NCBI RefSeq assembly: GCF_006345805.1
Contig: NC_043003.1
Location: 114,948,001 to 115,012,000, forward strand
Length of the DNA: 64,000 nt
Direction: 5' to 3'
Source of the DNA: Octopus sinensis
Taxonomy: Eukaryota
Positions 13,897-27,164 of this stretch are shown piece by piece; within the stretch, counting starts at the first letter, position 1, and each line of letters begins with the position of its first letter. The position numbers and the translations under genes were made by a program. The notes under the pieces are model-generated. The model saw nothing but the letters and a program-made list of their open reading frames with translations, did no database searches and was not told where the DNA came from.

Positions 13897-14149
13897 ATTA
13901 AGTTCAAACCTAATAATGATATTTTCATAGAGCATTCAATATGTCTGTTTCAGAATATTAAATGGAGTTTAACAGAAAACGCATCTCTTTCTCATAATCC
14001 TCTTCAATTAATACAGTTCAATATATATCTACTGGTTATGGGTATTCGGCTCCAATTTGTCTATGTCTATGTATGTATCTGATGGTCACCCTGCGTTACA
14101 GTTGACTGATTCCCCCAAGATGCTGCTTGCCTTGCCTCGGTCAGCTGAA

Positions 14150-15075
14150 TGTTTATTCCATTTTTCCTGAGGGTCCGGTTCTGACTGGAAGAACAACCCA
14201 GTTAGTTAACTCGAGAGTGACCCCAGCAAACAGAGTAGGATATAGTTGTTCAAGTGTAGGAGACAGTTAGGATATAGTTCTTCAAGTTAAAGCTTTGAAT
14301 CTCGGTGGAAACCTTTTACTTCAATCTTAAAGTTTCATTTCTTGCTCCGGTTCGTTTTATTGAATTCAACATATCAAGTTCTTTCTTTGTAGCGGTTTAT
14401 TATAAAGGATTCGGTTGTGAGTTGTATTTCTTTATAACATATTTTCCATATTTAAAAGGGATTGTGCTGATGTTTTCCCTATACGCTGATATAGAAGGAT
14501 AATTTAGTACTTTGGATATTTGTGGGGCACATATCCAGATGTTTACTCACAGATGCTTTTCCTACTCATGGGTTCTCGACGAATCTCTTGCTTGTGTAGC
14601 ATCATTCTGTCCCCCAGAGTTCTACCTGATTCTCCCATGTAGTTTCCACCCCAACCCACTACATTTGAGAATATAAATTTAATTTCCCGATGTACAAAGA
14701 AAATGAGTTTCTATGGTACTATGACTTAAACTCATACGTCGAACGCGCACAGAAGTTGATGTTGGTTCCACAATTAGGTCGGTTATATTTTCTTTTTTAC
14801 ACGCTGGGGCTTCAATTTTGATGGAGATTTTGGCACAAGTAATTATCTTTTTCGAAGATTTAGGTTGTCCTTTAATTCTCAGTATTGTATATGATTTGAG
14901 CTTTTAATTTTTATTCACAAGTTGATCATAAATAGATTTATATTCCGATAGATAATGTTGCACAGCCCTGTTTTTCCTGGATTGTATGTTGATACATACA
15001 TTAAAGTGCTGAGTGTATCAGTGGTTTATATTGGATGTGTATGTTTTTTGTAAGTTCATTCCCCTATTGATTAAA
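14150..15075 (-). mobile_element. Degenerate Penelope-like element (region upstream of and including the GIY-YIG endonuclease)
   Basis: Minus-strand fragments LMYVSTYNP, IYILKCSG / GNYMGESGRTLGDRMMLHKQEI (frameshifted) fit the GIY-YIG signature; boundaries approximate. Confidence 0.72.
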
Positions 15076-15111
15076 GTGACCGGGATATATTCTCTCTTTC
15101 TCTTTCTGTTT

Positions 15112-15320
15112 TCTCTTTTACTTGTTTCAGTTATTTGACTGTGGCCATGCTGGAGCACCACCTTTTAGTCGAGCAAATCGACCCCAGGACTTATTCTTTG
15201 TAAGCCTAGTACTTATTCTATCGGTCTCTTTTGCTGAACCGCTAAGTTACGGGGACGTAAACACACCAGCATCGGTTGTCAAGCGATGTTGAGTGGACAA
15301 ACACAGACACACAAACATAT
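15112..15320 (-). mobile_element. SINE family A, 3' half
   Basis: Reverse complement of the family A tail; the matching 5' half lies at 16143-16295. Confidence 0.88.
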
Positions 15321-15333
15321 AAACATACCCATA

Positions 15334-15378
<45 letters not shown>

Positions 15379-15813
15379 CATATATATATATATTATTGTT
15401 ATTATTATTATTATATTATACTATATTTTATGTGGTATTTTCCATCTACTATGTATTGTGAATAGCAGAATGCACATATTCCATTATTGGTATTAACATT
15501 ATTAATAATAATAATACTAATAATATTAATAGTTTTGGTAATTTAATATAAAGAACTTTGGACTTTGTATATGTACCCATTGATGTGGATGTATTTGTAT
15601 ACTCCGGTATATATATTTGATTATCTATAATCTTATGTGTATGTATATTATTTATATACTTACTATATATATATATATCATATATAATATATATATATAT
15701 ATATATATCTTATATATATATATAACTTATATATATATATATATATCCTTGTGTATATGTATTTTGTTTCATATTTATATTTGCATTTTATATTTTTATA
15801 ACAGTACTTTATA

Positions 15814-15833
15814 ATCTCTGACGAGGCCTTGAG

Positions 15834-15872
<39 letters not shown>

Positions 15873-15965
15873 TAACACATTTTTAAGTGCAAATTACCTC
15901 AATACATATGACTAATATAGGCACAATGAGATACATTTATCTACAGGCTGAAACAGCAGTAAGAT
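15814..15965 (+). ncRNA. Type I hammerhead ribozyme with intact core and a very large loop II
   Basis: ATCT CTGACGA GGCCTTG ...112 nt including (TA)n... CAGGCT GAAAC AGCA GTA AGAT. Confidence 0.6.
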
Positions 15966-16142
15966 CCATTTTATATGTATTATTTTATGGTATTATCTTT
16001 TATTCTGTTTTATTCTGTTGGATTTGGATGTTCCTATTTAAGTAGTTAATAAATAATATGAATTGGTATTATATGTAAGTTGATGATTGAAAGGAATCTG
16101 TTCCTCCATTTTCTTATTTGTATATATATATATATACATATA

Positions 16143-16295
16143 TACGATGCGCTTCTTTCAGTTTCCGTTTGCCAAATCCACTCACAAGGCTTTAACGGCC
16201 CGAGACTATAGTAGAGGACACATGCCCAAGGTGCCACGAAGTGGGACTGAACCCGGAACCATGTGGTTCGTAAGACAGCTACTAACCCCAAAGCC
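16143..16295 (-). mobile_element. SINE family A, 5' half
   Basis: Reverse complement of the family A head. Confidence 0.88.
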
Positions 16296-16660
16296 ACTCA
16301 TTTTAATAATAAATTTTTTAGTTCTTGGAATCTTTTCTCCCGGTAATTGAAGTACAAGAAATCTATTCGTGTGTTTTTATTTTATTTTTACGACAGTCAT
16401 ATGTCGCCATTCATCGTTGGATAATTGTGGATGCTTTTGGATTTGTGGATGGCCAAACAACAGTGAACGTCTCTTGTCAGTCCACTCCGTGCAAAGATAA
16501 CGAGTCACTTCACTGTCTGTTTTACAAGATTCTGTCCAGACGACTTCTCGTTTGTTTCACTTTTGATATTCCTTCATCATTTATGCATCTCCTAAAATTA
16601 AAACTATATACATATATATATATATACATGTGTGGTGTGTGTGGTGTGTATGTATGTATG

Positions 16661-16691
<31 letters not shown>

Positions 16692-16744
16692 CTATATATA
16701 TATAATTATATATATATTATATATTATATATATATATATATATA

Positions 16745-17032
16745 CCGGAGTAAACACATAAATGTGAAACAAGGTGGTAAAAAGAGTACTCAAATAATAG
16801 AGGTAGAGTAATATGCTATATTTAAAGCAGCAGAAATTCAACAAAAGCCGTTACTCGGAGTTGCACGTTCCCGTTTGTCGGACAATTTTGTTAAACATTT
16901 ATTCTCAGTATTGTATATGCTTTGTTTTATATTACTAAAATATATTTGTTTAACAAAATTGTCCGACGAACGGGAACGTGAAACTCCGAGTAACAGCTTC
17001 TGTTGAATTTCTGCTGCTTTTAGATAAAGTAT
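16745..17032. mobile_element. Hammerhead-bearing small element, divergent inverted pair in (TA)n
   Basis: Arms about 16820-16895 and 16947-17028 are reverse-complementary; family member at 56395-56550. Confidence 0.78.
16959..16996 (+). ncRNA. Type I hammerhead motif with a U4C core variant
   Basis: TTGT CCGACGA ACG-GGAA-CGT GAAAC-TCCGA-GTA ACAG. Confidence 0.6.
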
Positions 17033-17035
17033 ATA

Positions 17036-17415
17036 TATAGCTTCTTTACCAAACACATGGTTCCGGGTTCAGTCTCACTGCGTGACATCTTGGGCAAGTG
17101 TCTTCTACTATAGCCCCGGGCCGACCAATGCCTTGTGAGTGGATTTGGTAGACAGAAACTGAAAGAAGCCTGTCGTATATATGTATATATATATGTATGT
17201 GTGTGTGTGTTTGTGTCTGTGATTTTCCCCCAAGCATTGCTTGACAACCGATGCTGGTGTGTTTATGTCACCGTCACTTAGCGGTTCGGAAAAAGAAACC
17301 GATATAATAAGTACTGGGCTTACAAAAGAATAAGTCCCAGGGACGATTTGCTCGACTAAAGGCGGTGCTCCAGCATGGCCGCCGTCAAAATGACTGAAAC
17401 AAATAAAAGGGTAAA
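17036..17415 (+). mobile_element. SINE family A, 5'-truncated
   Basis: Homology to 10194-10652. Confidence 0.9.
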
Positions 17416-17433
17416 GAGTAAGGATTGTATATA

Positions 17434-17478
<45 letters not shown>

Positions 17479-17741
17479 GCATGCGCACACACACGCATTT
17501 GCACAAACGATACATTGATATATATACATCTATGTACCGGTGGATATTTTGGATATTTAGCATGCATCTATTTATACAAGGTTTTGGTTTTCTTATGAAA
17601 TACTTTTACCACATCCAAATATATTGTGTGCTAATATGTTTTATATGCCCTCGCACACACACACATATATATATATACACTCATACACATTGAGATATAT
17701 CCATATATATGTATATATATTTATAGACTAGTGCGTACCTA

Positions 17742-17772
<31 letters not shown>

Positions 17773-17942
17773 GTTTATATATATATATATATACATGTAT
17801 GTATACATACATACACACACACTCATATATATATACATACATATATATACATGTGTACATATGTATGTATGTATATGCGTAGCCCTGAGTGCGATTCTGT
17901 ATGCAATTTACGTTTCGTATACATCTACAATAGACTTATACA

Positions 17943-18000
<58 letters not shown>

Positions 18001-18825
18001 TATATATAATATATATATATTATATATTATATATATGCAGGAGCATTTCTGAAGCGCCCTCTCCAACTTAATTCAAGCGTTTTATACCAAAAAGGTCAAA
18101 GTTTTAGTCGGAATGTCATCTGGAGCTTGGGTGGACTGTTGACTGTGTGTCTAAATGTAAATTTACGTTATAAATCTAAAGACACTCTATAAAATGACAA
18201 AGTAGCCAAGTAAACTGTTATTATCTCTTCCTTGATATAACAGAAATTACACTAAATTATGGACGGCCTTCCAGAAAACTAGAGCAGGAAAGATTTTTCT
18301 TTTTTATATTTACACTTTTTACTCTTCGTTCATTTTCTGTCTCCCACTGTACTTTCTCGAATCCTGTCGCAATGAATTGAAGAATACATACATAGATACA
18401 TGCATGCATACATACATATATACATGCATATATACATACATATATAGATACATACATATAGACATGATGATTGCTTCATCTTGACAGATGATACAAACAT
18501 GCATACGTGCATATACACATCCTTCCTGAAAGGAAGAATTTAAATAATTGATTACACAGTTCTTACATACGTAGTATACGTACACACATAATTTTCATAT
18601 GATACATACACACATGCCATGCATACCATACATAGTATCACGTGGCTTACTTGTTAGTGGTATTTTACTTTACGATCGTAAGACTGTGGTTTCTTTTCCT
18701 CAATTGGGCGTTGCGTTGTTTCCTTGAGTTCAGCCCTTTAGTTTCTATGCTCCACTCACCTGGCAAAAATGAAAAAACTTGCAACGGAACGGCGTCCCGT
18801 TCCTGGGAGTGGTATATAAAATCTA

Positions 18826-19153
18826 CAGTGTGGCTGTGTGGTAAGTAGCTTGCTAACCAACCACATGGTTCCGGATTCAGTCCCACTGCGTGGCATCTTG
18901 GACATGTGCCTTCTGCTATAGCCCGGGCCAACCAATGCCTTGTGAGTGGATTTGGTAGACGGAAACTGAAAGAAGCCTGTCGTATATATGTATATATATA
19001 TATATATATGTGTATGTGTGTGTATTTGTCCCCCTAGCATCGCCTGACAAGCGATCCTGGTGTGTTTACGTCCCCGTCACTTAGCGGTTCGGCAAAAGAG
19101 ACCGATAGAATAAGTACTGGGCTTACAAAGAATAAGTCCCGGAGTCGATTTGC
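18826..19153 (+). mobile_element. SINE family A, 3'-truncated
   Basis: Head and body present; ends at GTCGATTTGCTC. Confidence 0.9.
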
Positions 19154-19198
19154 TCCGAGTAACAGCTTTTGTTGAATTCTCTGCTGCTTTTAGATAAA

Positions 19199-19231
<33 letters not shown>

Positions 19232-19234
<3 letters not shown>

Positions 19235-19377
19235 CTTGTTTACCAAAGACATGGTTCTGGGTTCAGTCCCACTGCGTGGCATCTTGGGCAAGTGTCTTCT
19301 GCTATAGCCCCGGGCCGACCAATGCCTTGTGAGTGGATTTGGTAGACAGAAACTGAAAGAAGCTTGTCGTATATATG

Positions 19378-19408
<31 letters not shown>

Positions 19409-19625
19409 TTGTGTGTCTGTGTTTGTCCCCCTAGCATTGCTTGACAACCGGTGCTGGTGTGTTTATGTCCCCGTCACTTACCGGTTCGGCAAAAGACACC
19501 GATAGAATAAGTACTGGGCTTACAAAGAATAAGTCCCGGGGTCGATTTGCTCGACTAAAGGCGGTGCTCCAGCATGGCCGCAGTAAAATGACTGAAACAG
19601 GTAAAAGAGTAAAAAGAGTAAAGAG
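19232..19625 (+). mobile_element. SINE family A, 5'-truncated (paralogous to 17036-17415)
   Basis: Same truncation point and same upstream junction as the 17036 copy. Confidence 0.9.
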
Positions 19626-19694
19626 TAATTCAGTGAGCCGAGCTTATGAGCTTATAACACTGGAATGATGGTTGAACTTCTTTGAAATATATCA

Positions 19695-19762
19695 TACTCT
19701 CTTTTTTACTCTCTTTTACTTGTTTCAGTCATTTTACTGCGGCCACGCTGGAGCACCGCCTT
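19695..19762 (-). mobile_element. SINE family A 3' tail, inverted relative to the preceding copy
   Basis: Reverse complement of 19560-19625. Confidence 0.8.
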
Positions 19763-20070
19763 TTGATGCGTATACTCGTACCATACTTACCAGAAGTTTG
19801 TCATTTAAATATAAATGAGTATGTCGAGATATGCAACTTTATGCATGAGAATACATACACAAAACAAAACATGTATATCTGTACATATCATACAAACAAA
19901 AATGTCTTCTTGTTTATGATGAAATTTCAATAAAAGAATCTTGGTTCTAGGTTATAAACCTGCTCTTTCTTCATTGGACAGAAATGTTGAAATGAAACTG
20001 AATAATGACATACATAACATACATACACAAACACACAAACAAACATGCATACCAATAAACAGACAAACAT

Positions 20071-20305
20071 ACCTATTTCTTTATTACCCACAAGGGGCTA
20101 AACACAGAGCGGACAAACAAGGACAGACATAGGTATTAAGTCGATTACATCGACCCCAGTGCGTAACTGGTACTTAATTTATCGACCCCGAAAGGATGAA
20201 AGGCAAAGTCGACCTCGGCAGAATTTGAACTCACAACGTAACGCAGACGAAATACCGCTAAGCATTTCGCCCGGCGTGCTAACGTTTCTGCCAGCTCGCC
20301 GCCTT
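20071..20305 (-). mobile_element. SINE family B, single unit
   Basis: Homology to the other family B copies. Confidence 0.9.
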
Positions 20306-21277
20306 AAGACAAACATACCATGACATTCTTCATATTGTTTCTGTCCTGCTTATTTTGGCAAAATTCCAAAGGCTACATGATAGAGTCGGCAACTGCTACA
20401 GAGAGCCATTACTCTCGCTCTGGCTGCGCTGATCGTCTATTTTAACAATGTTTCCAATATCATAACATATAAGCAGCTCTTAACATCATTTTAATCTGAC
20501 GTCGGAATGAAATTTGTTCAAAAGATGTTCTCATTTGATTGTTGAACGAAGATATTCCACAGAATCCAGAACCTGTGCGAAACCAAAATCATTGTTTATT
20601 AAAGCACAATTTCACATGCTATAATTGTCTTGGAACAAACATTATTCTGTAGGCAAACGCTAACAATCTTATTTTTCCTTTATATCTAAAACTAACGAAT
20701 ATGTTATTGAAAAAATTATTAAAAAGATATCTGATTGTAATTCCTCAAGAATGTAATTATTTTGGTTTTTAATGAAATATCTCAGTTCATAAAATATTTA
20801 TTCAGTATGTCAGGGGTTATATCATGCTGAGGATTTCTAAAAGGAATAAAATAGTGCTATACAGGATTACCATCTCTAAATGTTTTGAAGCATAATAGGG
20901 AAGGAAATGCGAATTCTATGCAACATTTTTCAAATTCCGAATCGTCTTATAACACGTCGTCAAATATTACCACCATGGATACCATACGATCCACTGAAAA
21001 AGACTGGCAATCGTATCGATTTTGGATAAGAGTGAATCAAGTTACCCGATAACATCCGGTACTTCAAAATCAACACACAAATAAGGAGAAGTGACTTCAA
21101 CAAAAGCACCGAACTTGTCAGGTGTGACAATCCCAAACTGCAGTGTACAGTTCCCTCACATTCCTGAAACTGTTTCCTTGATTCTTCACTTCAGCTTCTC
21201 TGCTGTTCCCTTAGAATTATACGGTGAAATCTGAAATCGCAAATATTTAATTCTGTTTCTTCACAAATTGTGCTCTT

Positions 21278-21513
21278 ACCTATTTCTTTATTGCCCACAA
21301 GAGGCTAAACATAGAGGGGACAAACAAGGACGGACAAAGGGATTAAGTCGATTACATAGACCCCAGTGCGAAACTGGTACTTTATTTATCGACCCCGAAA
21401 GGATGAAAGGCAAAGTCGACCTCGGTGGAATTTGAACTCGGAACGTAGCGACAGACGAAATACTGCTGAGCATTTCACCCGGCGTGCTAACGTTTCTACC
21501 AGCTCGTCGCCTT
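21278..21513 (-). mobile_element. SINE family B, single unit
   Basis: Homology to the other family B copies. Confidence 0.9.
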
Positions 21514-21984
21514 CAATTGTACTCTTACCGACACGCAGTCCATTACAGATAGTTACACTTTTTATTCCTGTATATCGCCATCATTTGTGCTTCATACTTA
21601 CTCATCCTTGAGAGACGCAGAATACCTTCATAACTGGAAATATTTTGAAACAATCATCATAGGAGCACGGGAAGTGGGTGTCACGCGATTGTACGATTGC
21701 TTGCATAGGTCTTAAAATATCTGGACGAAAATTCATAGCCAAAGCACATATAACACAATGTCATTGCTGTTACTTCGGAGGAAACAAGAATGCTGCCCTT
21801 ACCAATTCATTAATATTTTATAGCAGGAGTACATCTCCCATGTCTGGGTCTATATCAATGCCAAAGACAGAAATGTATTAAACGTTTGACAGAAGAAGAT
21901 CTTATAAAAGATGTGAAAATATCTCAATAAATCGATTCGTATACAAACGTAAATTACAGTTGCTTGAAATGAAACATCTAGTAT

Positions 21985-22170
21985 TGAAAAGTTTGCAAGA
22001 CGCAACGAAACTTTTAGGGAAATAAAAATAAGAAAAAAGTGGAAATTTTTCCGGTGTGTGTGTTACGTAATAAGGCACAAAAATACAATGACTCTCCCCA
22101 GACACAACGGAATATGCTTCAACACACGAACTCATATAAAGAATCTTGCAAACCAAATCCCAAAACGAAA
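21985..22170 (+). repeat. Unclassified interspersed repeat family D
   Basis: GTGGAAATTTT.CCG..GTGTGTTAC...GACTCTCCCCAGACACAAC...ACACACGAACTCATATAAAGAATCTTGCAAACCAAAT; recurs at 27165-27350, 28945-29180, 48368-48540. Confidence 0.8.
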
Positions 22171-23308
22171 TAATTCCCCCAGATAAAGCTTATAGCAATG
22201 TCAGTTTTTTTTATATCATGTAATGTAGTTAACAAAGTAACCACCTTACCCAATGACTTCCCGTCAGTCGAGGAGCTGTCTGAAATTTTCCAGATGTGTA
22301 CATGCAAGCTATTGTTATTGAAGCAACACATTAAAGGTATCATACTCACCACTTCCTTAGCTGTTATAATCTTCAAGTATAACCACCCGTTATAGCTTAA
22401 CTCTTAAAAATAATTGCCTACATTCCAATCGCGCAAGTGTAGAAATATTTAAAATGCTGTGAATTTCGCAACGTCTGTGATATATTACACATTTATAGGA
22501 CATCAGTCTCACTGATATTACACGAAACTTACATACGAAATTCTCGTAAACAATTCAAAAGACTACATTTAAAACGCTTCCTATACGTATACATGTGATA
22601 GGTATTAATATCTGAATGCACACAAGAGTAACCTGCTCGAATATATATGAGTGTATATATATATATATATTGGAGAACAGATATGTACACATATACTGTG
22701 TATATTTTTGTGTGTACTATTTACGTAATTTGATATCTTATGTAATTTTCTTTCACACTTTGTTATTTTTCTGTCTGGCAAGGTTCGTTTTAATTTCACT
22801 ATCTTGAATTTTTTGTGCAATTTCGATTTTTCAAATGAATTTTCTTTCTCTTTTTTTTTTTAAAGTTTCTATGCGTCTAGACTAAAATTATAATATTATT
22901 TATAAATGTAACAGAAATAGTTCTGCAATACATCGTCATTAGTGATCTTAGAATATGCGTCTCCGCTCTGCCAAAGAAATATTTCTTTCTCAAACATGGC
23001 GACATATCTGTTTGAATGACACATTCTTCGAATCTTTTATTCATGTCGCCCTGCTTATTTATTTATCAATTCTCGAAGAGTCATCTCTGCAATGAAGGAT
23101 GCCATTCACTCATCTCACCGTCTATCTTTTTGTGGAAGCCTCTTTCCTTCTCTCTGTCTCTCTGTCTTTCTCTGTCCCCCACTCTCTCTCTCACTCACAC
23201 TCTCTTTATCACTCTGTCTGTCACGCTCTTTTTATTTCATTTAGTCGCAGCACCTACCTGCACGTGCTCTTTGTCCTTCTGTCTGACTTAAATATATACA
23301 TGCGTGTT

Positions 23309-23540
23309 AAGGCGGCGAGCTGGCAGAAACGTTAGCACGCGGACGAAATGCGCAGCCGTATTTCGTCTGCCGTCACGTTCTGAGTTCAAATTCCGCCGAG
23401 GTGGATTTTGCCTTTCATCCTTTCGGGGTCGATAAATAAAGTACCAGTTACGCTCTGTGGTCGATGTAATCGACTTAATCCCTTTGTCTGTCCTTGTTTG
23501 TCCCCTCTATGTTTAGCCCCTTGTGGATAGTAAAGAAATA
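23309..23540 (+). mobile_element. SINE family B, single unit
   Basis: Homology to the other family B copies. Confidence 0.9.
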
Positions 23541-24987
23541 TATATACATGCATACAGACAGAAGCACACACGGACACGCACGCACACACGCACACGCACA
23601 CACGCACACGCACGCACACACGCATACACACAAACACCCACACATATGCAGCAAAGATGTTGACAAAGCATTCTGTGAATTTTTTTTTATTATTACTGAA
23701 CCAGTTCCACGTTTCATGACTTTTAAATAAAGGAAAATTGAATGAATCCCGGGGCTAAACGGTATTTGTTGGGACTAAATATCTGTGGGTCTTTGACAGA
23801 CATAGCTTGTGCGGCAGTTCTTCATATTTGATTCGCTTTGCTGTTGAAGTAAGCCGACTGTCTGATTTTATGCTTGGCTGCTTTTTGTTTCTTTGTTTGG
23901 GTTAGTAATTATAGAGTGCTCGTGACGTCGGAAATGCATCTGGGGAATTGAAATGGTTGATCTTTTAGTGAGAGCAAAGCCGATTTGTCAATACCAAACT
24001 GGTGGTATGTATTTACTTTCTGTATTAAAAGTTTTCTTGGAAACTATTACAGTTTCAAATTTTACGTGTTTGAAGAATTTAATCGGTTAATGATTTTGCT
24101 GCCGTCAAAGCGCTCAGTTAGTTGTTTTATCCAAATAAATTTGTAGGTGAATCACTCCATGAGGTCACTACTTAATTTCTAAGTTCCATTTTGCTTATCA
24201 AAAGATTTGTTAGAAGATTTCTAAACAACGAATTTGCGTTTCAGTTTTAAGCAACCACAACATGCTTCTACGATTCGTTGCTATACATTATGCAGTCGTG
24301 TATATTTTTTTTAATAAATTCAATTTTCTTGATTCGTCCGTATTTGATCTGGAGTTTTTAAGCAAAAAAAAAGTAAACTGGGCAGGTTTCAAATATTGAC
24401 GCTCTGTTTCCTGTACACATGTCTAATTGTTCGCCGAAAGGAGTTTGTCTAACAACAGGATCTTTGTAACTAATGCCTAGAAATAGTGAGTTTCATTTCT
24501 GCAAATGTAATCTTTGTTACGAAAATAGATAATCTCAGGTAATGTGAGATTATTTAGAGTGAAGATAAATCCTGATTTAAATTGATGACTTCTACGGGAT
24601 TACTGCAGACTCCACGTATTAGAATTGAGTTTCAGGTAAGAAATTTGGCTCTGATAAGAATTTCTTTTGGGACATGCAAATTCTATCGCTTTTAAAGATT
24701 TTGAAATTTTGGAATACTTTTTCTCCTTGTTGTGTCTTCCTTTAATAATGCGATATTTTGAAGAATAATATTGGGCGATTCTGTATCTCTTATGTTGTAT
24801 GATGTGATGTAAGCTAATATAGATTTTGTATATCAATATTGTTTTTTCTTCATAATTCTTGCATGTCACGTGCGTTAGTACTACTAGCTAAACTAAAGTA
24901 TAACAACTCCTGCAAAGACATATTAAAAGATTAGGGAAGTCACTGAGATGACTGCCTTGTATAGTCGAGCCATATGTTTCACCAACT

Positions 24988-25024
<37 letters not shown>

Positions 25025-25349
25025 CATAGACAGATTGAGGGATAGATAGACAGATCTATATATATATATATATGTATGTATATGTGTATATATATGTGTG
25101 TATATATGTGGGATGTGTATAGATAGATTATCTGTAGGTAATATCTGGCAATATTTGTTCTGCTTGTGTTTTTCTTGATGCGTATAGTCCGTGTATTTGC
25201 GTAAACATTGATTAAAGTAAAAATGAATTCTGTGGAGGAGGTCAGAACAGTGCTAGAGGAGTATTTTTCGCCACAGACATGCAAAATTTGGAGTTTAGCA
25301 GATAGAGTGAAGAACATTGTAGAAAATGAAGGAGAGTATATTCCAGAGA

Positions 25350-26469
25350 AGAAGAGATACCCGGCGTTGCTTGGGATTAAAACGGAATACCTTGTATAAA
25401 ATGTCTTGTACTATAGTTGACCATAGAAAGATTATTCTATGAAATGCTATATTGTTTCAAACGAAATAAAAAAAAATGACATGTTGACAGTCGGTGGGTG
25501 TAATACTATATAGTGAAAAAGACACACATAAACATATATTTACGCATGTCAGTCATCACATATATATATATGTACGTGTAGATGTGTATTTATTGATTAA
25601 CGTACCTAACGCGAAAACACTCACATGTACTCTGACACATACACACACATACAATTCCGCACACATAAACATCATATACAAAATGCGATATTGTCGTCGA
25701 ACGCGGAATCACACACACACTGACAGCAACATGCACACTCATATACAAAATGTGACGTTGTCGGCACCGTGGTATAAAATGTCCTGTACTATATTTGATT
25801 ATAGAGAGATTATGTCTATAAAATGTTATATTTTTTTAGTGGAAACGACAACAAGAAATACATGTTGACAGTCATGGGGTGTAATACTATTGCCTTGTGA
25901 GTTTTATTTGATTTGGTAGAGCCTTTTGAGAATTCATTGGGAACAGACAAACAGACAGAGAAGCAAAGAATTATATATATATATAGAGAGAGAGAGATTA
26001 AACGCATGTATTAAATGTTAATTTAAGGGTTAATATATAACTGTAAATAACTTGCTACTTTCCAACTGCTGCGATAATTGTTAACTGGTAATTGAACGGT
26101 AAATGTGTAAAATAAGATGATGTTAGTGTTATCACATTAAAAGTAAACGTGAAAGAATAAAGTGAAACAATATTATAGTCTTATCACATTAGAAATAAAA
26201 GCGAAAGAGTGAAAATGAAACAATATTATATAACATTACAATATAGACCTTATTTTTCACTTTTGACACGCAATAAACCAGTCTAAAACATTGCTCCGGG
26301 TCTGCATTATGCAAGACGTTGAACATTTCTTTTATCTATAACAATCCAAGGACCCTAAGTAATGCATGTGTAAAGTTTGAATGAAATCGGTTGGGTAGTT
26401 CTCGAGTTTTCGGGATTCACACATACTCATAGACAGACAGACACACATTCTCAGTTCTATATATAGAGA
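25350..26469 (-). mobile_element. Non-autonomous Helitron-type element, 3' CTAG eroded
   Basis: Minus-strand 5' A/TCTCTATATATAGAACTGAGAATGTGTGTCTGTCTGTCT; 3' hairpin motif CCCGGCGTTGCTTGGG shared with the 3649 element; internal 115-bp direct repeats (about 25395 and 25787). Confidence 0.65.
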
Positions 26470-27164
26470 TTTCCTTATCTATACTTTGGAAAGTATAAAA
26501 CTCCCTATTATTTGTGAGATGAGCCAATATATTATTGCTCTTAAATTGTTGTCTGAATAGTAATTAGTAGGAGATATGATGCATTCTTTTGCGTGTATAT
26601 CTTTTAACTCCCATCCTGTAATGAAAGACGTGTAAAATAGAAAGAAATATACACCATATTTTCACAAGTCCCCTCTTTCTATTTGTTTTGAATAACTCTG
26701 CCAACAGAATTGCCAGGAAAATTCAATTGCTATGCATATTTCATCTGAAAGAAAACGTGAAATTTCATCAATGTTTTGTGCTTTACGAGGACATTTGCTC
26801 CATGAAATTATTTCTTGAGAAATATATAAACCACAAAATGTCAGAATGTACGAGAGTTGTATACATTCATTTAACAGTTGTCATCTATAAGTTTGCAGTG
26901 GTTCGCAGCCTTCATCCTGTAATGAGGATTTCTGCGTATCATATAAGCTATGTTGACATGTCTGAACTAATATGTACGCTACGCATTTTAGAATGCAACT
27001 GTATATTTAGAAATCAGAGCCGAGAAAACTGGCTCATCAGATCACCAGAACATCATGGTTACACCAATGAGTCAACCCTAAGTATACATTCCCTTTATAT
27101 ATACAATATATGGAAAACCATACTAGAGTAAATTAGCTTGGTATGATCATTAAAAATAAATATG

